A stretch of 27,254 bases of DNA from Pseudothermotoga sp. (GTDB taxonomy: Bacteria; Thermotogota; Thermotogae; Thermotogales; DSM-5069). Where the stretch lies: the NCBI GenBank assembly GCA_041640575.1, contig JBEPZZ010000006.1:1606-28859 (forward strand), read 5' to 3'. The notes under the pieces are model-generated. The model was given only the letters and a program-made list of their open reading frames with translations. It was not told where the DNA came from and did no database searches. Each line of letters opens with the position of its first letter. Position 1 is the stretch's first letter. A program made the position numbers and the translations under genes. This document shows, in pieces, positions 16,294-24,264 of this stretch.

Positions 16294-17100
16294 TTGCCCC
16301 TATTAGTCTTTGATTTGGATGGCACAATCTTAGAGGATGATCATAGCCTATCAGAAAATACGGTTGAGACTATAGACAAATTGATTCGGCTTGGTTTCTT
16401 TGTGACAATTGCAACTGGTAGGTCCTTGAAAAATTCATACGAGTATGTAGAGAAGCTTCCACTGAATCTTCCTGTAATACTTTTGAATGGCGTTAGAATT
16501 TATGATCATGTATCAAAAAAATACCTATATGAGAGAATTCTGGAAACGGACGTTTTGAGATTAGTCCTAGAGATTTACAATCATAGCCTGTTTGAAGTGT
16601 CCTTTTTCTTTTTTGCGAACGAACAAGTACTGGCGCTGAATCCCAATTATTGTGCTGTGAGCTATTTATGGAGAGATAGCTTGACTTATACATCCATAGT
16701 GGACAGCAAAAAGATTTTGCAAGAACCAGTCGCAAAGATTGTCATTTCGGCATCAGAGAATAAACTTGATAAAGTTAGACGAATTCTTTTTCAACTACTT
16801 GAAAATACCGCGCGCATTGTTCGCTCTGAAAGCGACATAATCGAAATTCTTCCTTATGATGCCAACAAAGGAACGGCTCTACGGATACTTTGTGGCATGT
16901 ATGGTATTGATTCATCCGAAGTTATGGCAGTTGGTGACAGTGAAAATGACATAGAAATGCTTGAATGTGCAGGCTTTGGAGTATCCGCTGGTAACGCAAA
17001 CGCGCTAGTTAGGTCGGTGTCCAAACTGTACATACCAGCAAAAGGTTATCAACTTGTGGAACGTTTGTACAAACTTATTAAAGAAGGTGAAATAAAGTGA
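16294..17100 (+). CDS. Cof-type HAD-IIB phosphatase
   Basis: DLDGT, ATGR, NG, NKG and GDSENDIEML motifs. Confidence 0.9.
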   Translation: MPLLVFDLDGTILEDDHSLSENTVETIDKLIRLGFFVTIATGRSLKNSYEYVEKLPLNLPVILLNGVRIYDHVSKKYLYERILETDVLRLVLEIYNHSLFEVSFFFFANEQVLALNPNYCAVSYLWRDSLTYTSIVDSKKILQEPVAKIVISASENKLDKVRRILFQLLENTARIVRSESDIIEILPYDANKGTALRILCGMYGIDSSEVMAVGDSENDIEMLECAGFGVSAGNANALVRSVSKLYIPAKGYQLVERLYKLIKEGEIK

Positions 17101-17912
17101 AACTTTCCATTGTAATAAGTACTGCTGACGCGGTCTTCAATCCCTTAGCTTTCAAGGGAGACCTCGTGAAAGGAATAGAACTTGCCAGAAAAATTGGCTA
17201 CGACGGGGTTGAAATAGCTATTAGAGATCCAAGGGTTGTGGATGCTAGCCTAATCAAGAAAGTTGTCTCTGACTATGGAGTGCAAGTAGTTGCAATAGGA
17301 ACTGGTCAAGCGTATCTTGCTGAAGGTCTTAATCTGATTGATGAAGATCAATCGGTCAGAGACAGAACTTTACAAAGGTTAATCGATCACATAAATTTTG
17401 CTGCCATTTTCGGTGCTAAAGTTATCGTTGGGCTAATCAGAGGAAAGCGACGTGATAGGGACGAGAAATATGTTCATTACCTTCTTACTGAACAGGTTAG
17501 CAAGCTTGCAAAATATGCAAAATTCTCTGGAATACAGCTAGTCGTAGAACCTTTAAACAGATACGAAATAGATTTTCTCAACACCTTAGAAGAAGCATAC
17601 GAATTTGTTCAATCTCTAGGTTACGACAACGTTGGAATTCTTGCTGACACTTTTCACATGAACATAGAAGAGCAAAAGATCGAGGAGAGCTTAGTTCAAG
17701 TAAAGCACAAACTCTACCATGTTCACGTTGCTGATAGCAACAGGTGGGCTCCAGGTGCTGGACATCTTGATTTCCATTCCATAATACAAACGCTTCGTGT
17801 GGTTGGTTACACCGGTTTTTTATCTGTTGAGTGCTTACCTTTACCTGGTGGTACCGAACAATCCGCCAGGCTGGCTTACGATTTTCTTTGGAAAATAATC
17901 AGAGACTCATGA
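17097..17912 (+). CDS. iolO: 5-keto-L-gluconate epimerase
   Basis: MKLSIVIST..F..LAFKGDL, GTGQAY, EPLNRYE, DTFHMNIEE, HVADSNRWAPG and VECLPLP resemble TM0416. Last gene of the iol operon. Confidence 0.88.
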   Translation: MKLSIVISTADAVFNPLAFKGDLVKGIELARKIGYDGVEIAIRDPRVVDASLIKKVVSDYGVQVVAIGTGQAYLAEGLNLIDEDQSVRDRTLQRLIDHINFAAIFGAKVIVGLIRGKRRDRDEKYVHYLLTEQVSKLAKYAKFSGIQLVVEPLNRYEIDFLNTLEEAYEFVQSLGYDNVGILADTFHMNIEEQKIEESLVQVKHKLYHVHVADSNRWAPGAGHLDFHSIIQTLRVVGYTGFLSVECLPLPGGTEQSARLAYDFLWKIIRDS

Positions 17913-19172
17913 TCAACGAGTTACTTCGCCTCTTTTGACAAAAAGCATTGTAAAAGCCGATAAAATCACAAAAGCAATTGAAAATGGCACCAGTGAATTA
18001 TACCCAGCAAGGTCTATAAAAGCACCTGCCAATGGTGGTGCGAAAATATTCGCGGCCATAGAAAAGAAGTAATATAGACCGGTGTATCCTCCAACCTTTT
18101 CTTGATCTGTCATATCCACAACCATTGGTAAAGAATTTACGTTCACCAATGCCCATCCTAACCCACTAATTGCAAATAGAATAAATAAACTGTTCAGGAG
18201 GCTTTTGCTAGAGAAGTTAACAATTGCGACAACGGTTATCAAACAAGTTATTAATATCGAAAGTCCTAATAGAATAGTGCGTTTTCTTCCAAGTTTAGAA
18301 CCTATTAAGCCTGCGGGAACTGCGGTGAGCATGAAAGCCAAAGAAAAAACACCTAGAACAAGTGCACCTGTGCTTTCTGGAATACCAAGGTGGAACTTGG
18401 CATAACTTGTGAAAAAGGTTTCAAGCGCATTGAAACCAATGAACCAAAAAAGTATTGAGAGCAAGATCAGCAACAAACTTTTCTCTTTAGATCTGAAAGC
18501 GTCTTTGAGATTCCCTAAAAGTTCGGCGTTTGCTCTTTTGAGTGTTTCAAAAACGCTGATGGGTCGCGAGTTTTTAACGGTATATTCCTCTGGTTCCTTT
18601 ACAAACAGCAGAATTAATGAATTTGCTCCTAACATTAACACTGCGCCGAAGATAAAAGGATACGCGTAATTTGCATCATAAAGCGGCTTACCAGCAAAGT
18701 ATGCGAACAAAGCTCCCAATCCACCCATAAAATTGATAACTCCATTGGCTTGACTTCGAAATTTTGAAGGTGTTATGTCTGGCATCAAAGCAATAACAGG
18801 AGAGCGGAAGAGAGCCATGGCAAAATTCATAAAAATTATCACACTCATCATTAAAACTAATGAATTCATATTCTTTGCTAATGGAATCATGATGAAAAAC
18901 AAAGCAGCAAAAGGTGCCCCAGCAAGTATGTATGGTTTTCTCCTACCAATCCTTGTTCTAGTTTGATCACTCAAAGTCCCTATGTAAGGTAACATCAATA
19001 TCGCAAATAAGTTGTCAATGGTCATTATTGAACCTATCACGAAGGAACTAAGTTTAAAGTCTTTAAGAAAAATTGGAACGTAAGCATTGTAAAGAGGCCA
19101 AAGGGCACTGATACCAAAGAAACCAAATCCTAGAAGGAAAATCTTTCGATAACTAAAATTTGAGTTGTTCAT
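17913..19172 (-). CDS. MFS transporter (GPH/SLC45-like sugar transporter)
   Basis: About 12 TM helices, motif A GTLSDQTRTRIGRRKPY, and ALMPDITP. Confidence 0.88.
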   Translation of the reverse strand: MNNSNFSYRKIFLLGFGFFGISALWPLYNAYVPIFLKDFKLSSFVIGSIMTIDNLFAILMLPYIGTLSDQTRTRIGRRKPYILAGAPFAALFFIMIPLAKNMNSLVLMMSVIIFMNFAMALFRSPVIALMPDITPSKFRSQANGVINFMGGLGALFAYFAGKPLYDANYAYPFIFGAVLMLGANSLILLFVKEPEEYTVKNSRPISVFETLKRANAELLGNLKDAFRSKEKSLLLILLSILFWFIGFNALETFFTSYAKFHLGIPESTGALVLGVFSLAFMLTAVPAGLIGSKLGRKRTILLGLSILITCLITVVAIVNFSSKSLLNSLFILFAISGLGWALVNVNSLPMVVDMTDQEKVGGYTGLYYFFSMAANIFAPPLAGAFIDLAGYNSLVPFSIAFVILSAFTMLFVKRGEVTR

Positions 19173-19186
19173 CCCTGATCTCCTCC

Positions 19187-19939
19187 TTATATGATTATTT
19201 CGTCAAGGTCCCTTGGTATGAGGATCTTTCCGGAAAAATACTCCTGAGCCTTCTCTAGAAGTATTCCTTCATTACTTACAAATTCTTCACCAAGGTGCAC
19301 AAGACAAAGCAATCTCACTCCAGCCAAATTCGCTATTTTTGCAGCATCCTCTACGCAGCTATGCCCTTTTTGTCGACCCGTAAGTACTTCGCTGCAAGTT
19401 GCTTCGTGAATTAAGACAGTTGCTCCTTTTGCGGCTTTAGCCACAGTTTCGCATGGTTCTGTATCGCTTGTGTAAACAATCGAAGCATGACGAGAACTAA
19501 GTTTTAGGCCCACATTACTCACAGAATGACAGACTGGAAAAGCCTCGACTGAAACTGAATTTGTTGATATATACGTTTGGGTCTCACTCATCGGAATTAT
19601 TCGAAGGGGAAAGCTGAGTTTATCCTCAGAAAGTTCGAAAAGAAACAGAAGCTTTTTCACCAGATCAACGTATTCGTCTAGTACATATACAAACAATGGT
19701 TTTTCTCTTTTCTTCAGTCGAACCATTTCCAAAAAGGAAGGTAGGCCATAAACGTGGTCTATGTGCCTATGAGTAAGAAATATGTAGTCTACAGTTTGCA
19801 CGGGATTCAAACCAGTTCTAAGAAGTTTACCAAAAACATTACCGGGACAATCGATCAAAATATTATCCACAAGCAAACTAGTGTTGTCCCGGTCAACAGA
19901 AGTCACTGCTGCCGCTGTTCCAAGGAATACCAATCTCAC
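19187..19939 (-). CDS. Metallo-beta-lactamase-fold hydrolase of the RNase Z/ElaC superfamily, lacking the exosite
   Basis: FLGT, IDC, THRHIDH, HSV, YTSDT, HEAT, GHS and LVH motifs. GTG 19939 follows GGTGG, with TATAAT upstream at 19958-19963 (track start 19966). Confidence 0.85.
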   Translation of the reverse strand: MRLVFLGTAAAVTSVDRDNTSLLVDNILIDCPGNVFGKLLRTGLNPVQTVDYIFLTHRHIDHVYGLPSFLEMVRLKKREKPLFVYVLDEYVDLVKKLLFLFELSEDKLSFPLRIIPMSETQTYISTNSVSVEAFPVCHSVSNVGLKLSSRHASIVYTSDTEPCETVAKAAKGATVLIHEATCSEVLTGRQKGHSCVEDAAKIANLAGVRLLCLVHLGEEFVSNEGILLEKAQEYFSGKILIPRDLDEIII

Positions 19940-20045
19940 TACTTTCCACCAAAGATGATTATACAATCTTTGATGCTAGGTGATAGACAATTAAATGAAG
20001 AATCGGCAATTTTTTCAGAAAATCAGTTGATTAGGAGGGGTATTC

Positions 20046-20849
20046 ATGATCTTGGGGTTCAACGGTGCCACAACAATTAAAGCAGATCTACTTACTGATA
20101 TTGAATGTGCTAGGAAAGCTGGATTTACAGCTTTGGAGATATGGAAAGATAAATTATTATCTGCACTTGAAGCTATGGATGTAGGATTCCTGTCGGCACA
20201 ATTCAAAAAACATTCCATTGTTCCCGTAACAATCAACTCAGTTGAACAATTCACATTTTGTGAAAACTTCTCCGAAAAAAGGGAAGAATTTGAGTTTCTA
20301 GCCAGACTCGGGAATGAACTTTCCGTGAGTAGCATAATAGTAGTACCGGGATTTACCAAGGAAAAGCTTTCGAAGAAAGAAGTTGTGAACGAAACAGTTA
20401 AAGCTCTCCTGGAATTTTCTAGAATCGCGAAAGCATATCGAGTTAAGGTGGGTTTTGAATTCTTGGGCTTCGAAAATTGTTCTGTCAACAATCTTGACGT
20501 TGCCTCATCAATAATTGAACTAGTGAACGACGAAAACGTTGGACTAGTGATTGATACTTTTCATTTTTTTGTCGGTGGCTCATCGCTTGAGCAACTAGGC
20601 CGCACTAGTTCAGAAAAAATATTCATGGTACATGTCAACGACTTACCGCACTTAAATCATACACCTACAGATCGTGATAGGGTAATGCCAAATGATGGAA
20701 TTTTACCTTTAAAGCAATTTTTCTCTGTGCTCAAGAGTATTAATTACCAAGGCGTTGTGTCCGTAGAACTCTTTAACGAAACATACTGGAACAGTGATCC
20801 TTACGAAGTCACAAAGAAAGCTTATGAAAAAGTGTCTGAATTATTGTGA
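20046..20849 (+). CDS. iolI: Inosose isomerase (2-keto-myo-inositol isomerase), xylose-isomerase-like TIM barrel
   Basis: FNGATT, EFLGF..CSVN, NVGLVIDTFHF, HVND, TDRDRVMP and SVELF are collinear with Bacillus IolI motifs. RBS AGGAGG. Confidence 0.78.
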   Translation: MILGFNGATTIKADLLTDIECARKAGFTALEIWKDKLLSALEAMDVGFLSAQFKKHSIVPVTINSVEQFTFCENFSEKREEFEFLARLGNELSVSSIIVVPGFTKEKLSKKEVVNETVKALLEFSRIAKAYRVKVGFEFLGFENCSVNNLDVASSIIELVNDENVGLVIDTFHFFVGGSSLEQLGRTSSEKIFMVHVNDLPHLNHTPTDRDRVMPNDGILPLKQFFSVLKSINYQGVVSVELFNETYWNSDPYEVTKKAYEKVSELL

Positions 20850-21608
20850 GAAAGTCTCCTTTGCGCCGAGGCGCTTTGATATCTCCTTAGCCGTTTTCAC
20901 AAGTTCCTTTGCCACGACGGCAATCAGTTGCTCGCTGAAAGTACTTGCTGCTCCGGTAACACTTATTCCCCCCACTACATTGCCGGTGTAATCAAAAACA
21001 GGAGCTCCTACACACATGATACCCAGCTCATTTTCCTCGTTGTCGATAGCATAACCTCTTTCTCTTACCGTTACAAGTTCTTCTAGCAATTTAGATTTAT
21101 CAACTATTGTTTTAGGCGTCTGTTTTGTTAGAACAACATGATTCAAGTAGTTTTGGAGCTCACTTTCCGGTAAGAAAGCTAGGATGGCTTTTCCAAAAGC
21201 CGTTGAATATAATCTCATTCTCATGCCAATCCTTGAAATTGTAGGTATAGTTCTAGCACTTTCTACTTTATCAACATACACTCCTTCAAAGCCATCCCTA
21301 AGAGCAAAATGTACCGTCATGCCAGTTCTTTCCATTAAATCAATAAGAAATGGATGTGCGATTTCTCTTACTTGAACATTTCTGAGCACTATACTTCCAA
21401 GCTCAACAATTTTGTATGATGCATGGTACTTTAAAGAATAAGGATTCTTGCTAACATAACCGCATTTCAACAACGTTTCCAAATGCTTGTAGGCCGCCGG
21501 AGGTGTGATTTTCATATATTCAGCTACATCCTGAATTCTCACACCATCGTTCTTAGATATGACATATTCCAAAATTTTTAGTGCCTTTTCAACTGAACCT
21601 ATAGTCAC
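20841..21608 (-). CDS. kdgR: IclR-family regulator, TM0065 (KdgR)-like
   Basis: HTH SVEKALKILE, DGFEGVYVDKVE, YSTAFGKAILA and GYAIDNEENELGIMCVG. Directly downstream of kdgK. Confidence 0.8.
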   Translation of the reverse strand: MTIGSVEKALKILEYVISKNDGVRIQDVAEYMKITPPAAYKHLETLLKCGYVSKNPYSLKYHASYKIVELGSIVLRNVQVREIAHPFLIDLMERTGMTVHFALRDGFEGVYVDKVESARTIPTISRIGMRMRLYSTAFGKAILAFLPESELQNYLNHVVLTKQTPKTIVDKSKLLEELVTVRERGYAIDNEENELGIMCVGAPVFDYTGNVVGGISVTGAASTFSEQLIAVVAKELVKTAKEISKRLGAKETFSQ

Positions 21609-21623
21609 AGTTCAATCACCCCA

Positions 21624-22646
21624 TCATCTCTGAACTCTACCAGACCCTTCACCTTTCATCAAAGTTTTAATTTCATCTGCTGTAACTTGATTAAAATCTC
21701 CCATCACAGTGTGTTTCAAGCAGGAAGCTGCGACAGCAAAATCAAGGGCTTCTTGTGGATTCATACTATTGATTATGCCATAAATTAAACCTGCAGCAAA
21801 TGAATCACCTGCACCAACTCGGTCTACAATGTGAACTGTGTAATGCTTACTAACTAGAAAGTCGTCATTAAATAGTAAGATACCCGACCAGCCATTCATA
21901 TTTGCGACAATACTTTCTCGCAGAGTTATGGCGACTATTTTGAAGCCAAAACTTTCTTTCAACCTTCTTGCGACTTGTTCGTAACCTTTCAAGTTAAGCT
22001 TACCTTCTTGAACGTTTGATTGGTCAGCCCTGATTCCAAAGACTTTCTCGGCGTCCTCTTCATTTGCAAACAGAACATCTACGTATTTAGCTAGTTGACT
22101 CATAACCTGATTTGCTTTTTGTGGACTCCAAAGTTTAGCCCTGTAGTTCAAATCACAGGACACCGTTATCTTCTTCTCTTTGGCTTTTTGAACCGCTTGT
22201 AAGCATGCCTCAACAAGATTATCGCCTAACGCGGGAGTTATCCCTGTGAAATGAAACCAAGTTGCAGTCTTAAGAATCTCATCCCAATTGTAATCCTCAG
22301 GTTTTGAAAGTGCAAACACGGAATTTGCTCGATCATATATTACTTTAGATGGACGCTGGGAAAATCCTGTCTCAAGAAAGTAAAGTCCAAGTCTACCTTC
22401 ACCGAACCGTATGTAAGATGTATCCACCCCATACTGTCTTATAGCGCGAAGAGCAGCCAAACCGAATTCGTTATTTGGAAGTTTTGTTACAAATGCTGTA
22501 TCGATTCCAAAACTAGCAAGTGCAACAGCGACATTAGCCTCAGCTCCAGCATAGGTTACTTCAAATCTATCGGACTGAACGAAACGCATATAACCTGGTG
22601 TAGACAATCTCATCATAATTTCGCCAAAAGTGACAACCTTTAACAT
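21624..22646 (-). CDS. kdgK: 2-keto-3-deoxygluconate kinase (PfkB family)
   Basis: VVTFGEIMMRL, GAEANVA, YDRANS, DLNYRAKLW, NEED and DRVGAGDSF. ATG 22646 follows GGGGGTGA (track start 22712). Confidence 0.9.
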   Translation of the reverse strand: MLKVVTFGEIMMRLSTPGYMRFVQSDRFEVTYAGAEANVAVALASFGIDTAFVTKLPNNEFGLAALRAIRQYGVDTSYIRFGEGRLGLYFLETGFSQRPSKVIYDRANSVFALSKPEDYNWDEILKTATWFHFTGITPALGDNLVEACLQAVQKAKEKKITVSCDLNYRAKLWSPQKANQVMSQLAKYVDVLFANEEDAEKVFGIRADQSNVQEGKLNLKGYEQVARRLKESFGFKIVAITLRESIVANMNGWSGILLFNDDFLVSKHYTVHIVDRVGAGDSFAAGLIYGIINSMNPQEALDFAVAASCLKHTVMGDFNQVTADEIKTLMKGEGSGRVQR

Positions 22647-22838
22647 TCTGTATTCACCCCCTGACAAACTCTTTCCTGTCAAAGATTCTACCACCAGAAA
22701 ACAACTGATCAATATTATTTTCTTAAGGTTAAAAGATGATTGTGAATAATTTATCGGTATGTAAGTTAATAATCAGCAATTATGTGAAGTAAAATATTCA
22801 AGTAAGTCTTAACATTATTGCGTTCCCGGAAAATAAAA

Positions 22839-22868
22839 TTGACCTGAATATGTACTTTGTGATAAAAT
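22839..22868 (+). promoter_or_regulatory. Sigma70-type promoter of the Liv-type ABC operon
   Basis: TTGACC-18 nt-TAAAAT with an extended -10 TG, preceded by an A-rich UP-like tract. Confidence 0.6.
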
Positions 22869-22940
22869 TAACTTGATCCCCTCAAATCAAGCTTGCCTGA
22901 CCTTCGGCGGCGAGCTATATCTGACAAAGGAGGTAAGAAA

Positions 22941-24179
22941 ATGAGGAGATTTTTCATTGTTGCGTTGCTGGTCCTATCCTTATTGCTCGTTGCGCAAGAT
23001 GTTATCAAAATCGGAGCGATTTTTCCACTAACAGGTCCTGCAGCAGCCACCGGAACAAAGATCAAATACGCTATCGAGGTTGCTCAGGAAATAATCAACG
23101 GGGTTTATCCAGATCTTGACATTCCTTTGGCGAAAACAGCGGGGCTGCCAAATCTTGGTGGAGCTAAAGTACAGTTTGTCTTTGCAGATCATCAAGCCAA
23201 CCCAGAATTAGCGATGGCTGAGGCCGAAAGACTAATAACGCGTGAAAAAGTCGTTGCGTTAATTGGATGCTACCATTCTTCAGCAACAAAACCAGCAAGC
23301 CAGTCTGCAGAAAAATATGGCATACCATTTGTTGCAGGTTCATCTAGTTCGGCAGCTTTAACAGAAAGAGGTTTGAAATGGTTCTTCAGAATAGCTCCGC
23401 ACGACGGCCTAGAAACTGATTTCTTCTTTGAATATCTCAGATACTTGAATGAGAAATTCAATGCCAACATAAAGCGAGTAGCTGTTGTTTACATTGACAA
23501 CGAGTACGGTGTTCACGCCTCACTGATGGTTAAAGAGAAAATTAAGAATTATCCTGAATTTACCTTGGTTGGAGAGGTCAAATATCCGGTCACTGCAACA
23601 AATGTTGACATTGAGGTTCAAAAAGTCAAGGCTGCTAAACCAGATGTTGTTATGCATGCATCTTACATAGGTGACATGACTATGTTCGCGAAGAAATACA
23701 AGGAATTCAACGTTGCTCCTAAGGTTATCCTTTCATACTGTGGTGGTTATCATGACCCACAATTTGTAATTAATCTTGGAAAAGATGCGGACTTCTTTTC
23801 GGGTGGAGCTGCTACTACACCTGTCCTGATTCCCGTATTACCTGCTTTGGCAAAAATCAACGAAATGTACAAGGCAAAATCGGGTGTAGACATCGATGGA
23901 CCAACTTTGGAAGACTTTGCCTCTGCACTTGTAATTGCCGAGGCCATAAATTTAGCTGGTTCGACAGATCCGGCCAAGATACTCGAAGTTTTGAAGAATC
24001 ACACTTTCATAGCTCCATATGTTCTCAGTGGAAAGATTAAGTTTGGTGCAGACGGCCAAAACGTTTACAACCCTAATGTCATGACACAAATAATCAATGG
24101 CGTTTACGAGGTCGTTTGGCCCGAACAATTCAGAACGAAACAACCGGTTGTTCCAATGCCAGATTGGTCAAAAAGATAG
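22941..24179 (+). CDS. HAAT (LivK-like) ABC substrate-binding protein, substrate unknown
   Basis: ATG 22941 after AAGGAGGT, signal peptide, and motifs IKIGAIFPLTG, GLPNLGGAK, GCYHSS and LTERGLKWFFRI. Confidence 0.88.
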   Translation: MRRFFIVALLVLSLLLVAQDVIKIGAIFPLTGPAAATGTKIKYAIEVAQEIINGVYPDLDIPLAKTAGLPNLGGAKVQFVFADHQANPELAMAEAERLITREKVVALIGCYHSSATKPASQSAEKYGIPFVAGSSSSAALTERGLKWFFRIAPHDGLETDFFFEYLRYLNEKFNANIKRVAVVYIDNEYGVHASLMVKEKIKNYPEFTLVGEVKYPVTATNVDIEVQKVKAAKPDVVMHASYIGDMTMFAKKYKEFNVAPKVILSYCGGYHDPQFVINLGKDADFFSGGAATTPVLIPVLPALAKINEMYKAKSGVDIDGPTLEDFASALVIAEAINLAGSTDPAKILEVLKNHTFIAPYVLSGKIKFGADGQNVYNPNVMTQIINGVYEVVWPEQFRTKQPVVPMPDWSKR

Positions 24180-24212
24180 AAAGCCTAACTTACTCAGAAA
24201 AACATATGCGAT

Positions 24213-24237
24213 GGGGGGACACTTTTGTCCCCCTTTT
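24213..24237 (+). terminator. Intercistronic hairpin or partial terminator after the SBP gene
   Basis: GGGGGACA-CTTT-TGTCCCCC followed by TTTT. Confidence 0.65.
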
Positions 24238-24264
24238 CAAAATTTGGTCGAGAGAGGGGTGCTT

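Noticed and set aside
19187..19939. Annotation as housekeeping RNase Z (rnz)
   Set aside because: The exosite arm is missing, so the gene symbol is withheld.
20015..20491. 158-aa minus-strand ORF and the many other 60-130 aa nested ORFs in the track
   Set aside because: They lie within well-supported genes on the opposite strand or in another frame and have no recognisable features.
22700..22830. Possible KdgR operator in the AT-rich kdgK/liv intergenic region
   Set aside because: Only short AT-rich palindromes (e.g. TTAAGGTTAA) are present, which are expected by chance, so I cannot define a site by eye.
24097..24264. N-terminal extension of the LivH-like ORF in the track (likewise at 8874, 22712 and 22893)
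   Set aside because: The extensions overlap upstream genes, hairpins or leaders, and downstream starts have clear Shine-Dalgarno sequences and family-typical N-termini.
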